The position numbers were made by a program, and so were the translations under genes. The notes under the pieces were generated by a model. It saw nothing but the letters and a program-made list of their open reading frames with translations, ran no database searches and was not told the origin of the DNA. A stretch of DNA of 64,000 nt from Okamejei kenojei (taxonomy: Eukaryota), in the NCBI GenBank assembly GCA_035221665.1, contig CM069142.1:186001-250000 (forward strand), in the 5' to 3' direction. Positions 24,752-37,289 of the stretch are shown one piece after another; position 1 is the first letter of the stretch, and every line of letters starts with the position of its first letter.

Positions 24752-26088
24752 GGGTGATTCTTCAGTAAGTTTTAAGTTTCTGGAAACCCGAATATAAAAC
24801 TTAAATTTTTGCAACATTGAATGTTGTTTCGCATAGGTGAACATCTCTACTATGGGAAAAATATATTTGGCTCAATCCTTTAGAGAATTTAATGTATGTT
24901 TTCATCTTCTTTTTCCAGGTTGCCCATTGCATTCAGTCATATCCATCATATTTTTATGAGGAACACTGCAAAATATAACTGATTTAAGAATATAAAATAA
25001 ATGTTGTCGCAGTCTTTCAAATTATAGAATATCCTCAAATAAACCACCAAAAAAAACTTTTTCAGTCTAACGCATTGATTTTAAACCTTCATAACAGAAA
25101 AAAGTGGTGATTTTCTGCAAGAATGGCAGCCTTCACATAACTTTTCACCAACTTCCTCTATAACAATATTAACTTCAGATAATTATGGTCATTGCTGTAT
25201 TATTTTACACATTATGAGCATAAAATACTCGTGTGACGGATATGACTCAGCATGGTGGAGATGATCAAGTTGGGGAGCGTCGCGTGATGGAGATGACTAA
25301 AACTATCGTTAGGGTTGGAGTTGGGGCTGGGGCTGGAGTTAGGGCTAGAGCTGGGGCTAGGATTAAGGTTGGGGCTGGGGCTACTTACCCCCGATCTCCA
25401 TCCAGCTCCAGCCGGACACAAGGCCGTCGCATCTTCCCGTGACCCTAAGTCCCTCTCCATGCCTGGCCGTCTTCAGCTCTTGTTCCCTTGTTGGGGGGGG
25501 AATCAAGAGTTAAGTTGCGGATGTGGCCGTGACGGGAATGGTGGCCTAAGCTATAGCCCAGGATGGCCTCGCCGGAAGGCCAAGACTGGCCATATCGTTT
25601 CCAGAATGGCACATGGCATGATTTCTTCTCCAGAACAAATCAAAAAAAAAGATTTTTTTTCTCTCTAAGAATTCAGCACCGCTCGGGAATGGCGCTGAAT
25701 AAAGGTACGTATGCAACAAGAAACTGAGTTTTCACGCTTCTCGTCCCGCGAATCAGGAGAAATTCACAAGGTAGGGGACTTTTGAATTCCGCGGTCTTTT
25801 GAGGTCAGAAGTTCGCGTCTATTCCATTTATAGCCATGTGGGACGGCTCAACAAAGCTGCGTGACGGTAATTACTCCAATCATCGGGACAAGGACGTTTT
25901 GAAAAATACGGTAAGATTTATAATTTTATCAAGAATAGAGGATTTTTTTAAGGGTGATAAATATTTTAATTATTAATACCTACCGTTTAAAAGTATTTTC
26001 ATTTACGATAGATTCCCATTAAAGAAATATACCAACCTGAAATTTCACTAGTAACCACTGGGACATGCGGTTTTCGGGGGGGGGGGGT

Positions 26089-26121
<33 letters not shown>

Positions 26122-26206
26122 GGCATCGAATATCGGGTAGAATTTTCCGTATATGCAGCATCAAAGTAGCGGGACACCAAAATAGACACTTACTGAAGAA
26201 TCACCC
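24752..26206. mobile_element. Non-autonomous DNA transposon with 19-bp TIRs
   Basis: GGGTGATTCTTCAGTAAGT (24752-24770) and its perfect reverse complement (26188-26206); internal hexamer repeat 25310-25380 and poly-G; no clear TSD. Confidence 0.65.
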
Positions 26207-27551
26207 AATTGTTTTATCTGAAAATTCTGAGTTATGGAGGCTATTAAATAAGTGCAATCCAGAAAATAGTCATCAATCATTCCACACTGCTAACAATTTC
26301 AAAGTTTCTCATGACCAACAATCAGAAACAAAGTGCCAAACTTAGTTAATCCATCCGTACAGTATATGTTTTACTTTACCATACTAGAGACACTGTGCTG
26401 AAACAGGTCCTTCGGCCCATCGGGACCACGCCGACCAGCGATCACCCCATACGCTAGGACTATCCTACACACTGCACATGGCGGAGTATTCGGCTAGCCA
26501 CGCGGTGGGAGGATCCCGGCAAGCCTCGGCAAAGCCCACCAGCAGGCCCAGCTGACTTGCCGTGGACTGAGCACCTGCTCCCCAGACTGGAACCCACCTG
26601 TAAGGCCCGGCTCACCCGCCCAGAGTGGAGTGAGTTGGACAGAGTGCCAGTAAGCAGACCGGCTGCAGGAGGCAGTGCACTGCACTGCCTTGACGGGGGA
26701 GTGGGCCGCTGGAGGCCCTGCAACAGCCTGGGCCTCGGCTGGACTGGGCACCGCTCCAAGAGGCCGAGCACATGGACCGGGCGCCGTTTAGAGTGGTGGA
26801 GGACATCATGGTCGCACATGGCCCGGCCGACCCTCCAATGCACCTGGACAACAGGCCTCATGGTCAATAAAGACCCTGCATTTACAATTGTCACTCGAAA
26901 ATGGCACCAAATATGGTGACTGTACACTGACTTGGTGTGCTACTGCAAGACACTTGTATCTGCGATGCTCTGCTAACATGTATCTAAGTGTTTCTGTATA
27001 GTGACATTAATATACAGAAATGAATTTCACTGTACCTCAGTACATGAGAGAAATAAAGTGCCATTGAATCACTGAACACTAGGAATAATTTACAATTTCT
27101 GGAAGCCAATTAACCTACAAACGCCGTCTTTGGAGAATGGGAGGAAACCGGAGCACCCGGAGAAATCCTACGAGGTCAGAGGAGAATGTACAAACTCCAT
27201 TACAGACACCCCCCCAGTCAGGATGGAAACCCGGGTCTCTGGCGCTGTGAGGCAGCAGCTCTACCACTGCGCCCACTGTGTCAGACACTACACGTGACAA
27301 TATTAAACCTAACTCTAAATCTTGTGGTCGGTGAGACTAAATCCTGGAATAGTTCACCAACAAACTTGTCAATGACTGATGGATTGACAAAAATGTCTGC
27401 CTACCTTTGTCTACCTTCGATTTTTCCAGCATCTGCAGTTCTTACTCTTAAAACAATGACTGATGATCTCACATTATGAATGAAAAATATCTCTAATAAG
27501 CTTATTTAAATTAACTTTTACTTGATTAATAATCTCAGAGATAAAACTTAC

Positions 27552-27820
27552 CCGAGAAGCCCCACACTCGAGTCTGTTTTTTTCATCCACTTATGCCACA
27601 TTGAGCAGATGTACTGATTCTGTTCCCTCATATGCGTTCAGATTGTGGGTCACGTTGAAATAGCCATTGCTTTCTCCCATGATTATTTCACTGTACTTGT
27701 TTAAATCGTTCCCCGATTTGTCCTTCCACTCCACCGTTGGGACAGGATACCACCCTGACGACTGGCAAGACAGCGTGCCCTTTCCGGAATTCCAGAATAC
27801 TTTGATAAGATCAGGAGCAG
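27552..27820 (-). CDS. IgC-type exon of B7/butyrophilin-like gene (frameshifted as assembled)
   Basis: Acceptor tttcttttcttggcag and donor gtaagt; AAPDLIKVFWNSGKGTLSCQSSGWYPVPTVEWKD (C..SGWYP.P.V.W typical of B7/BTN C domains); F-strand QYICSMWH lies in the +1 frame; length 269 nt. Confidence 0.85.
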
Positions 27821-28433
27821 CTGCCAAGAAAAGAAACATAAATAGCAACCATTAATGGTGACATGATGGTGCAGCGGTCGAGTTGCTGCCTCACAGCGCC
27901 ACAGACCTGGCTTCCATCCTGACTATGGGTGCTGTCTGTACGGAGTTTGTCCGTTTTACCCGTGACCGCGTGGGTTTTCTCCAGGTTGCTCCATTGTCCT
28001 CCCACACTCCAAAGACGTGCAGGACAATTAAGATTTTTTACCGATGCCAATTAAAACCTACCGACCTAGGATAGACATAAAATGCTGGAGTAACACAGGC
28101 AGCATCTCTGTAGAAGGAATGGGTGACGTTTCGGGGGGTCAAGACCTTCTTCAGGCCTGTATGCCTTGTGTGGGAGGAAGCTGGTGTCCCCGGAGAATAC
28201 CCACGTGGTCACGGGGAGAATGTACATACTCCATACAGACTGTACCCATAGTAAGGATCGAACTCTGGTCTCTGGTGCAGCAAGACAGCAACTCTACCAC
28301 TGTGCTGCATTAAAAGCTGTATAATTAGACACCCCAACTACACCCCTGTTCTTTGTTACTTTGATGCCATGGACATTCTCAGCTACATTCCTCCTGGCAG
28401 AGGCATGAAAGTTTATTTTGAACTGGTGGAACT

Positions 28434-28489
28434 TCACAAGAGAATTTTGATGAAGGGAGATGACACAAGAATTTTCGGCATCTGGCTTC
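28434..28489 (-). CDS. Candidate alternative terminal exon between V and C (GSQMPKILVSSPFIKILL*)
   Basis: Acceptor ctttttttacag, phase-1 compatible with the V exon, TGA at 28434-28436, AATAAA at 28412-28417. Confidence 0.3.
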
Positions 28490-28880
28490 CTGTAAAAAAA
28501 GCTGTGTTAAGAATTAAAAAGAATCCCTAATACTGAACAATTAAATAAATAAACCCAGGTACATTTGACCCTCACTGTAAACAGAACAAGAGAGAAGACA
28601 AGGAGGTTTCCAGTAGTGCGTGAGTCTAGGACCCGAGGGCACAGCATCAGAATAAAACAATGTTCCTTTAGAAAGGAGAAGAGGAGGAATTTCTACAGCC
28701 CGAGGGTGGTGAATCTGTGGAATTCATTGCCACAGACAGCTGTGGAGTCCAAGTCATTGGGTATTTTTAAAATGGAGATTGATAGGTTCTTGATTAGTAC
28801 GGGAGTCAGGGGGTATGGGGAGAAGGCAGGAGATGGACCCGATGGCCGAATGGCTGCTCCTATCAAGTATGAAGACATAC

Positions 28881-29219
28881 CCCAAACAGATAGCTGGACA
28901 AATCCAGCTCCATATCCATTGTCAGTGCTAATACTGACAATGTACTTTCCCTCATCCCAGATGTCGACATTCTTCAATGTAAGGAATGCTTTTCCTTCTT
29001 TAAATGAGAATGTGTCGACTTCAATTCTTCCCGAGTAGTTGGCATGTTGTTTGCTGACATCGCTTTTATCTTCCTTGTACTCGTACAAGATTCCGGCATC
29101 TTGATCCTTCTCCCACCTCACCCTCGGTGCACATGGATCGTCGCACTCAAACGTACACTTGAAGGTGACATCCTTGCCGATCTCTACATCTGTGGCTGGT
29201 TCACAAGTGATGAATGCAT
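28881..29219 (-). CDS. IgV exon of B7-family (VTCN1/B7-H4-like or BTN-like) protein
   Basis: 339 nt, phase 1-1, acceptor tttctgtcttttgttcag, donor gtatgt; DAFITCEPATDVEIGKDVTFKCTFECDDPCAPRVRWEKDQDAGILYEYKEDKSDVSKQHANYSGRIEVDTFSFKEGKAFLTLKNVDIWDEGKYIVSISTDNGYGAGFVQLSVW. Confidence 0.92.
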
Positions 29220-30739
29220 CTGAACAAAAGACAGAAACGGGTTATTATTGTCACCTTCACTTGAGTTGAGTTTAGTTTATTGTCACGTGTACCGAGGTAC
29301 AGTGAAAAGCTTTTTGTTGGGTGCTAACCAGTCAGCAGAAAGACAATACATGATTACAATCGAGCCGCCCAAAGTGGACAGATACACGATAAAGGCAACA
29401 ATGTGCACAATGTTTAGCGCAAGATAAAGTCCAATCAAAGATAATCTGGTGGTCTCGAATGAGGTAGATAGTAGTTCAGGAATTCTCTCTAGTTATTGGT
29501 GGGATGGGTCAATTGTCTAATAACAGCTGGGAAAAAACTGTCCCTGAATCTGGTGGTGTGTGTTTTCATACTTCTGTACCTCTTGCCTGATGGGAGAGGG
29601 GAGAGGGAAGAAGAGGCAGTGGCCAGGGTGCAACTTGTCCTTAATTACGCTGCTGGTCTTGCCGAAGCGAGTCAAAGGAATGGAGGTCCCGACCCGAAAC
29701 GTCCCCCGTTCCATCTCTCCAGAGATGCTGCCAGTTCCGCTGCGTTACTCCAGCATTTTGTTGTCTATCAAAAAGAATGGAGGTTGGTTTGTGTGATGGT
29801 CTGGGCTTTCTTGTCTGTGTTCACAACTCCCTGCATTTATTGCGGTCTTGAGCTGATCCCAAACCAGGCTGTGATGCATCCTGATAAAATGCTTTCTGTG
29901 GTGCATATGTAGAAGTTGCTGAGAGTTGTTGGGGATATGCACAGAGATACAGCAAAAAGCTTTGTTTAGCATGCAGTCCAATCATATCTGATACTATACA
30001 TAAATACAATCATGCCAAACTCCAACAAAGAGAGTGCAGAATATAGTTCTCAGCATTGTAGCGCAATAGTTCCATAGACAAAGGAGTTGGAGTCTGAGGG
30101 TGGTGAATCTGTGGAATTTATTACCACAGACAGCAGTGGATACTGTCTTTTTTTAAATCAGAGATTGCTAGATTCTTGACTAGTAAGCGTGTCAGATATG
30201 CCATTTCTTGCGGCCTTGGTAGGTAATTATATGTTATTGTCGTTGGTTTACTATTGTCACCTGTACTGAGATAATGTAAAAATATATCATTATGTGCTAT
30301 CCAAACAGATCATATCATACACAAATACAACAGGTTGTGCTAAAGACAAATGAAATGAAAATTACAGTGTAGGAAGGAACTGCAGAGGCTGGTTTACACC
30401 GAAGGTCGACACAAAATGCCGGAGTAACTCAGTGGGACAGGCAGCATCTCTGGAGAGAAGGAATGGGTGAAGTTTCAGGTCGGGACCTTTCTTCAGACTG
30501 AGTGTCAGGAGAGAGGGAAACAGAGATGTGGAAGGGTAAGGTGTGGAAACAAGAAATCAAAAGGGGAGTTGTCAAGGAAAATATAGAATGAATCATTGTT
30601 AGCAGCGGGGCCGTGACAACAATGCATCCAACCAGTAAAATTTAATCAGGAGGAAATTAATTGAACTAGCATGAGGGAGAAATGGAGAAAGGACAAAAGC
30701 AAGGATTGCTTGAAGTTACAGAAGTCAATATAAATACAT

Positions 30740-32197
30740 ATAACCATATAACAATTACAGCACGGAAACAGGCCCTCTCGGCCCTTCCAGTCCGTGCCGA
30801 CCATTTGTTTTCCCCTAGTCCCATCAACCTGCACTCAGACCATACCCCTCCATTCCCTTCACGTCCATATACCTATCCACTTTACTCTTAAATGTTAAAA
30901 TCGATCCTGCCTCCACCACTTCTGCTGGAAGCTCATTCCACACAGCCACCACCCTCTGAGTAAAGAAGTTCCCCCACACTTTACCCCCGAAACCTCTGTC
31001 CCTTTAATTCTCATGTCATGCCCTCTTGTTTGAATCTTCCCTACCCTCAATGGGAAAAACGTATCCACGTCAACTCTGTCTATCCCTTTCATCATTTTAA
31101 AGGACCTCAATCGAGTCCCCCCTTAACCTTCTGCGCTCCAAAGAATAAAGACCTAACTTGTTCAACCTTTCTCTGTAACATAGTTGCTGGAACCCTGCAA
31201 CATTCTAGTAAATCTCCTCTGTACTCTCTCTATTTTGTTGACATCCTTCTTATAACTAGGCGACCAAAAATTGTACACCATACTCCAGAATTGGTCTTAC
31301 CAATGCCTTGTACAATTTTAACATTACTTCCCTACTCCTATACTCAATGCTCTGATTTATAAAGGCCAGCACACCAAAGGCTTTCTTTACCACCCTATCT
31401 ACATGCGTTTCCACCTTCAGGGAACTATGCACAGTTATTCCTAGATCCCTCTGTTCCACAGCATTCTCAATTCCCTACCATTTACCATGTACGTCCTATT
31501 TTGATTTGTCCTGCCAAGATGTAGCACTTCACACTTAACAGCATTAAACTCCATCTGCCATCTTTCAGCCCACTTTTCCAAATGGCCCAAATCTCTCTGT
31601 AGACTTTGAAAATCTACTTCATTATCCACTACACCACCGATCTTAAGTATCATCTGCATACTTACTTATGCAATTTTTCCACCCCATCATCCAGATCATT
31701 GGACCCAACACAGATCCCTGAGGCACCCCACTGGTCACCGGCTTCCAACCTGACAAACAGCCATCCACCATTACTCTCTGACATCTCCCATTCAGCCACT
31801 GTTGAATCCATCTTGCTACTCCGCCATTAACACCAAAAGATTGAACCTTCTTAACCAACCTTCCATGGGGAACCTTGTCAAAGGCCTTACTGAAATCCAT
31901 ATAGACAACATCCACTGCTTTACCCTCATCAATTTCCCTAGTTACCGCTTCAAAAAATTCAAGAAGGTTTGTCAAACATGACCTTCCAGGCACAAATCCA
32001 TGTTGACTGTTCCTGATCAGACCCTGTTTATCCAGATGCTTATATATATTATCTCTAAGTATCCTTTTCATTAATTTGCCCACCACTGACGTCAAACTAA
32101 TAGGTCTATAATTGCTAGGTTTATTCTTTGAACCCTTTTTAAACAATGGAACAACATGCGCAGTACGCCAATCCTCCGGCTATTCCCGTTTCTAATG
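30740..32197 (-). mobile_element. 5'-truncated CR1 LINE, inserted only in copy 2
   Basis: RT ORF 31643-32146 ([31 protein letters not shown]); flanked by ACAT on both sides; empty site aatacatctagg at ~1156-1167. Confidence 0.93.
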
Positions 32198-32660
32198 ACA
32201 TCTAGGTTATAAACTGCCCAAGCAAAATGTGAGGTACTGGGCCTCGCACTGACAGCGGAGGAGGCCCAGGACAGAAAGGTTAGTTTGGGAATGGGAGGTG
32301 GAGTTCAAGTATTTAGCAACTGGGAGGTCATGTTGGCCAAGGCAGACTGAGCGGAGGTGTTCAACGAAACAATCGCCGAGCGATGAGGTTGGAGGAGGTG
32401 CAAGTGAACCTCTGCCTCACCTGAAAGGACTGTCGGGGTCCTTGGATAGTCGAGGGAGAAGGTATAGGGACAGGTGTTGCATCTCCATTCGTTGCAGGAG
32501 AAAGTATCTGGGGAGGGGGTTGTTTGGGTGGGAAAGGACGAGTTGACCAGGGAGTTGCGGAGGGAATGGTCTCCATAGAAAGGGGTGGAAATGGGAAGAT
32601 GTGGATCGTGGTGGAATCCTGTTGGAGGTGGCGAAAATGTCAGAGGATTATATGCTGTAT
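32198..32660 (-). mobile_element. Penelope-like fragment (duplicate of 1163-1625; its pseudo-LTR part is at ~30370-30739)
   Basis: Same peptides as copy 1. Confidence 0.75.
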
Positions 32661-33448
32661 GCGACAGTCTTTTCAGGTGAGGCAGAGGTTCACTTGATAG
32701 TATACCTTCCCCTCAGTAACAATGTTCCATTCTACATTTTCTTTGACCTTCGTCCCTCTTGATCTGTCATCTTTACACCTAACCCTCCCATATCTCTATG
32801 TCTCCCTCTCCCCTGACTCTCAGTCTGGAGAAGCATCTCAACCCAAAAAATCACCCATTCTTTTCATCTAGAGATCCTGCCTGTCCCGCTGAGTTACACC
32901 AGCATTTTGTGTCTATCGTCAAAGATTATAGTGTGATAGAGCAAGTGTGGATTCATGTTTACGGGCTTGTTAGGCAGCAGCAAATATGTCTTTCATTGTT
33001 CCGTTGTCAGTACATTTGAGAAATAACACTCTTGACTCTCTCCATAGATGATGGTGTAAGTCAATAAGACGAGAGATCTGGTTATTATTGCTCCTTACTC
33101 TGTGCACATCATGTTTTAAATGTTGATTGCTTTGTGAGTGTTGAATACAAATGATTTGGTGGAAGGATGTATGAAAAGCCTGATGACAGAGGGGAAGAAG
33201 CTGTTCCCGAGTCTGGTGGTGCCTAGTTTCAGGCTGGGGGGGAAGGCTAAGGCAGGAAAATGCCTAAACCTAACTCGCCCCCCCCCCCCTTCCAAAGCAG
33301 CCCACGGCTGGATAATGCCAGGCTGGGGGGAAGGCTAAGGCAGGAAAATGCCTAAACCTAACTCGCCCCCCCTTCCAAAGCAGCCCACGGCTGGATAATA
33401 GACAATAGGTGCAGGAGTAGGCCATTTGGCGCTTCGAGCCAGCACAAC

Positions 33449-34086
33449 TGTGAGGGATAAAGTGATTAAACCCCACTATTGTAAGGTGCTTTAAAGAGGA
33501 TTCAAACCGATAGGGGCCAGGGAGAGGGTTCTGACACAGCTGTGTATAAAAGTTACCAGACCCATCCTTGAGAAAGAAGTAATAGCATTGTATAGCGGTA
33601 GAAGGGAGTGATGTAGATAGCTCCCTATCAGTAGAAGGGGGTGATAGATGGGACCCTTGTCACTATAGCTCAGCTTTAGTGCTGATATAGGAGACTGAGA
33701 GAGTTCACTTGGAGGTGAATAAAACTAGGATAGGTCATGAACAACTGAGCATGCTTAATAAAATAAATGAATATTACAACACACCCCTGGTCAAGAAACT
33801 GCTCATTACCATGAACATGTCTGGACATGCGGTGTATGATGAGGGAGGTACTGGGGGGGGATGTACCTACAGATTGTGCATCTCAGACCCTGATTGGAGA
33901 AGGGTCCCAAGGAGGGGAGGTTGGATGTAGAATTGTGTGTATAAAGGGGGGATGACTTTTCTGACTTTGGTGTGTCTCAACTTGGAGAGGCACCCGACTC
34001 TGCAGACTCGTAAATATAATAAAGAATCTCTTGCTTCCACGATTTAGTCTTTGAGTTGTGATTGTGAGCACAAAGCGTATCTCACA
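33449..34086 (+). repeat. 5' LTR (638 bp)
   Basis: TGTGAG...CTCACA ends; TATAAA 33940-33945; AATAAA 34018-34023. Confidence 0.96.
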
Positions 34087-34089
34087 AAC

Positions 34090-34107
34090 TGGGGGCTCGT
34101 CCGGGAT
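34090..34107 (+). promoter_or_regulatory. Primer binding site, tRNA-Pro
   Basis: TGGGGGCTCGTCCGGGAT is the exact 18-nt complement of the tRNA-Pro 3' end, 3 nt after the LTR. Confidence 0.97.
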
Positions 34108-34389
34108 CGCCACTTCCGGCTGCTTGGCGGAGGCAAAGAAGGAAGGGAAGGTGCACCCTGCTGATTTCAGCAGCCTCTGATCTCCTTGCTTGCCATCAGT
34201 AGTTTGAGCGAGTGCAATTCGGCAAAAGACTCAGGAAGCAAGAGGGAGTGTGAGGTGAAAAAAGTGTGAGGTGGATAAATAAGGAACGGTCGAGCGATTC
34301 TTGTGCACAAGACCCAGGTAAGAAAACTGACCATTAAGTATTGCCTGGGCGACCGGGGTCTGTCGGACGGGAATAGTTACAACGAGACA

Positions 34390-36590
34390 ATGGGAAACCG
34401 AAACGGGAAAAGTAAGGGTCCAGAGAAACAGGATAAGGCTCACACTGGTATAGAGCCACACATTCCGTCCGATAGTCCGTTGGGGGCGAATGTTGCACAG
34501 GTGGGGAGAAGGAAGCCCCGGGGTAAAAAGAAAGAAGAAGCAACATGAAAGACCTGGGTGTCATGGTACACCAGTCATTGAAAGTAGGCATGCAGGTGCA
34601 GCAGGCTGTGAAGAAAAGCGAATGGTATGTTGGCATTCATAAGCAAAAGGATTTGAGTACAAGAGCAGGGAGGTTCTACTGCAGTTGTACAGGGTCTTTG
34701 GTGAGGCCACACCTGGAGTATTGCGTACAGTTACGGTCTCCTAATCTGAGGAAAGACATTCTTGCCATAGAGGGAGTACAGAGAAGGTTTACCAGACTGA
34801 TTCCTGGGATGGCACGACTTCCATATGAAGAAAGACTGGATAAGACTCGGCTTGTACTCGCTGGAATTTAGAAGATTGAGGGGTGATCTCATAGAGACTT
34901 AAAAAAATTCTTAAGGGGTTGGACAGGCTAAATGCAGGAATATTGTTCCCGATGTTGGGGAAATCCAGAACAAGGGGTCACAGTTTAAGGATAAGGGGAA
35001 GTCTTTAGGACAGAGATGAGGAAAAATTCCACACAGTGGTGAATCTGTGGAATTCTCTGCCACAGAAAGTAGTTGAGGCCAGTTTGTTGGCCATATTTAA
35101 GAGGGAGTTTGATGTGGCCCTTGTGGCTGAAGGGATCAGGGGGTATGGAGAGAAGGCAGGTACAGGATACTGAGTTGGATGATCAGCCATGATCATATTG
35201 AATGGCGGTGCAGGTTCGAAGGGCCGAATGGCCTGCTCCTGCACCTAATTTCTATGTTTCTATGAAAAATATTGAGTTGTTTCAAACAATCTCATTGAAG
35301 TAAGAATGGAACTAATGTGATGTGTGTGTAAAAACCGGTTTTTGTATGAATGAGGAAGCCTGTATTATGTGATAGGTTTGTTTTGCTGTGGGCCACATGC
35401 CGTAAGGGTAGGTGTGTGTGTTCCTTTAAGAAATTGTAAGCAATGGGGAGGTTACGAACAGCTGTAAGGTAACGGACAACGCTTTGTATCATCGCAACTT
35501 AAAAGGGGAAAGTTGAAAAATGTAGGTTGCTTGGCTTTGTTGATTTCTTTTCAGTAAAGTTAATTTGGAAAATTGTTAGTCGTATGTATTTAAAGAAGGA
35601 ATTGGAATTTGGGAATTGTTAGGGAGAATGGTTTGAACAAAATTAGAAATAAGTCAATTGCTGAACAACAAGCAGCTTTTATGGTTTGTTTAGATAAACA
35701 TTCGGGTTGGAGAAGGGTAATAAATTAATGGGGCCCAAGGAAATGAAGGAGTTGGCAGACAATGATGTCAATAATGGGAAGTTTATTTTACTTCAGAAGA
35801 AAGACAGATGGTCAGACAAGCAGGAATAAAGATCTTGGGAAAGGGTTTGCAGGCTCCGGGGGTAGCAGCAGACGCAGATCAGCAGTTACTAAAGGTTAAT
35901 TTCGTAACCAAGTCATGGCCAGATATTAGAAAGAATCTGGAAAAAAATTGGAGGATTGGAATGTCAAACCATTAAATCAATTGTTAACAGAGGCTCAGAA
36001 ATATGTGTATGATGGATGAGGAAAAACAGAAGGGAAAGGCAAACATGATGTTGCAGGCAGTACAGCAAGGGGTAAAGAAGAAGGGAGATGAAGGTGATAG
36101 AAGGCCGGGTGCTCATGGAGACCGGGGAAGGGGAAGAGCAGAGACAGAGGACGAGGAAGAGGTGAATGGAGGGACCGAAGTCGGGGTCCCCGGGAAAACA
36201 AGGAACAAGGATCAGGAGGGTGGTACACGGGGCCATCCCGGTGTTACTAATGTAATGAGGAGGGTCAATTTCAAGAGGGAATGTCCCAGGCTACGACGGG
36301 AGGTGCAGTCGTACACCACTCATGGAGGAAGAATAGGGAAATCGGGGTTCCTGCTCCCTGGGGTGTATGGGATACACACGGGAACCTCTGGTAAACTTGA
36401 AATTAGGACCCCAGGGAGAGGATATGGTATTTATGGTAATTTTGGAGTGGAGAGATCAAGTGGAACTAAGGTACCAGAAGAAATTGGATTAGGTGAAAAA
36501 CAAGTCAGAATCTCCGGGGGTAGGGGGGAAAGTGATGACTGCCCCCGAGGTAGAAGGGGTGGTGGTAAAATATGAGGATCGAGAAGTCAG
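34390..36590 (+). pseudogene. gag: ERV gag-pro remnant
   Basis: MGNRNGKSK..IPSDSPLG start; capsid FVTKSWPDIRK (~35900); degenerate CCHC knuckle (~36242-36290); TAG-G at ~36333; protease EPLVNLKLGP..MVFMV with a broken DTG; interrupted by a CR1. Confidence 0.85.
34540..35265 (+). mobile_element. CR1 3' fragment nested in ERV gag
   Basis: DLGVMVHQSLK..LVRPHLEYCVQ and a (TTCTATGT)n tail. Confidence 0.9.
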
Positions 36591-37289
36591 TGGAAGATTT
36601 TTAAAAGGAAGGGTGAATAAATTTGCAAAGGAGGATAAACTATCTGAGAAGTAAGACATTGAGTTAGAATGAGAAAGAAGGCAGATCAGAAAGGATTAAA
36701 GTGGGAAGCAGAGGGATAAATTGATTGAGACTGCTTTAGAAAGAAAGAGCGTGAAAAAGGAAAGACAATGTTGTCAGTAACAACAGACCTGGTTGAAAAG
36801 TCTGACATAAAGTGATGCACCGACACACAGTGAGTCCTATGACAGAGCCAAACAGGGGCCCAGAGATTCCATGCCAATAATAAAATGTATTTGGGAGAGT
36901 GTTTTCTCAAATGCCCTATCAGGAGTGAAATAAATCTGGATATAAGCCCAGACAAGGCTAGTAAGGAGATAGGTAATGGATAAGGTGTTTGGGGATGTGA
37001 ACAGGTATGATAATCAGGAAATAATAATAATAATATTAAGATTAATGGTGAACATAGCTATGGTAAGAACATTAAGAAGAGGTATTAAATACACCTAGGC
37101 TAGGATGCGGCAGCGTTTTAAAATACTAGCGCCATGTTTTTTAATCAGATGTTGTAGGCAGAATTTGGAAGGTGTTGATATAGTATGTGGATGATTTGTT
37201 GGTTTGTTCCACAAGTGAGGAGCAATGTGAGAGAGAGAGACATTGTAATTATCTTGGAAAAGATGGCACAGGAGGTCATGATGTATCAA

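Noticed and set aside
24903-24965. Apparent minus-strand terminal exon (ttttgcag then VPHKNMMDMTECNGQPGKRR*)
   Set aside because: Lies inside the TIR-bounded transposon 24752-26206, so it is probably fortuitous
26075-26122. Poly-G tracts as functional G-quadruplexes (also 4244-4280, 9500-9545, 53064-53128)
   Set aside because: Homopolymer lengths are unreliable in this assembly and lie within repeats; the 4244 tract is absent from the duplicate copy
24715-26217. 48-nt phase-1 exon (DKTIGYVVGWITDNRG) formed by joining the flanks of the TIR element
   Set aside because: Weak donor (gtgcac), no TSD to support the join, and no recognisable homology
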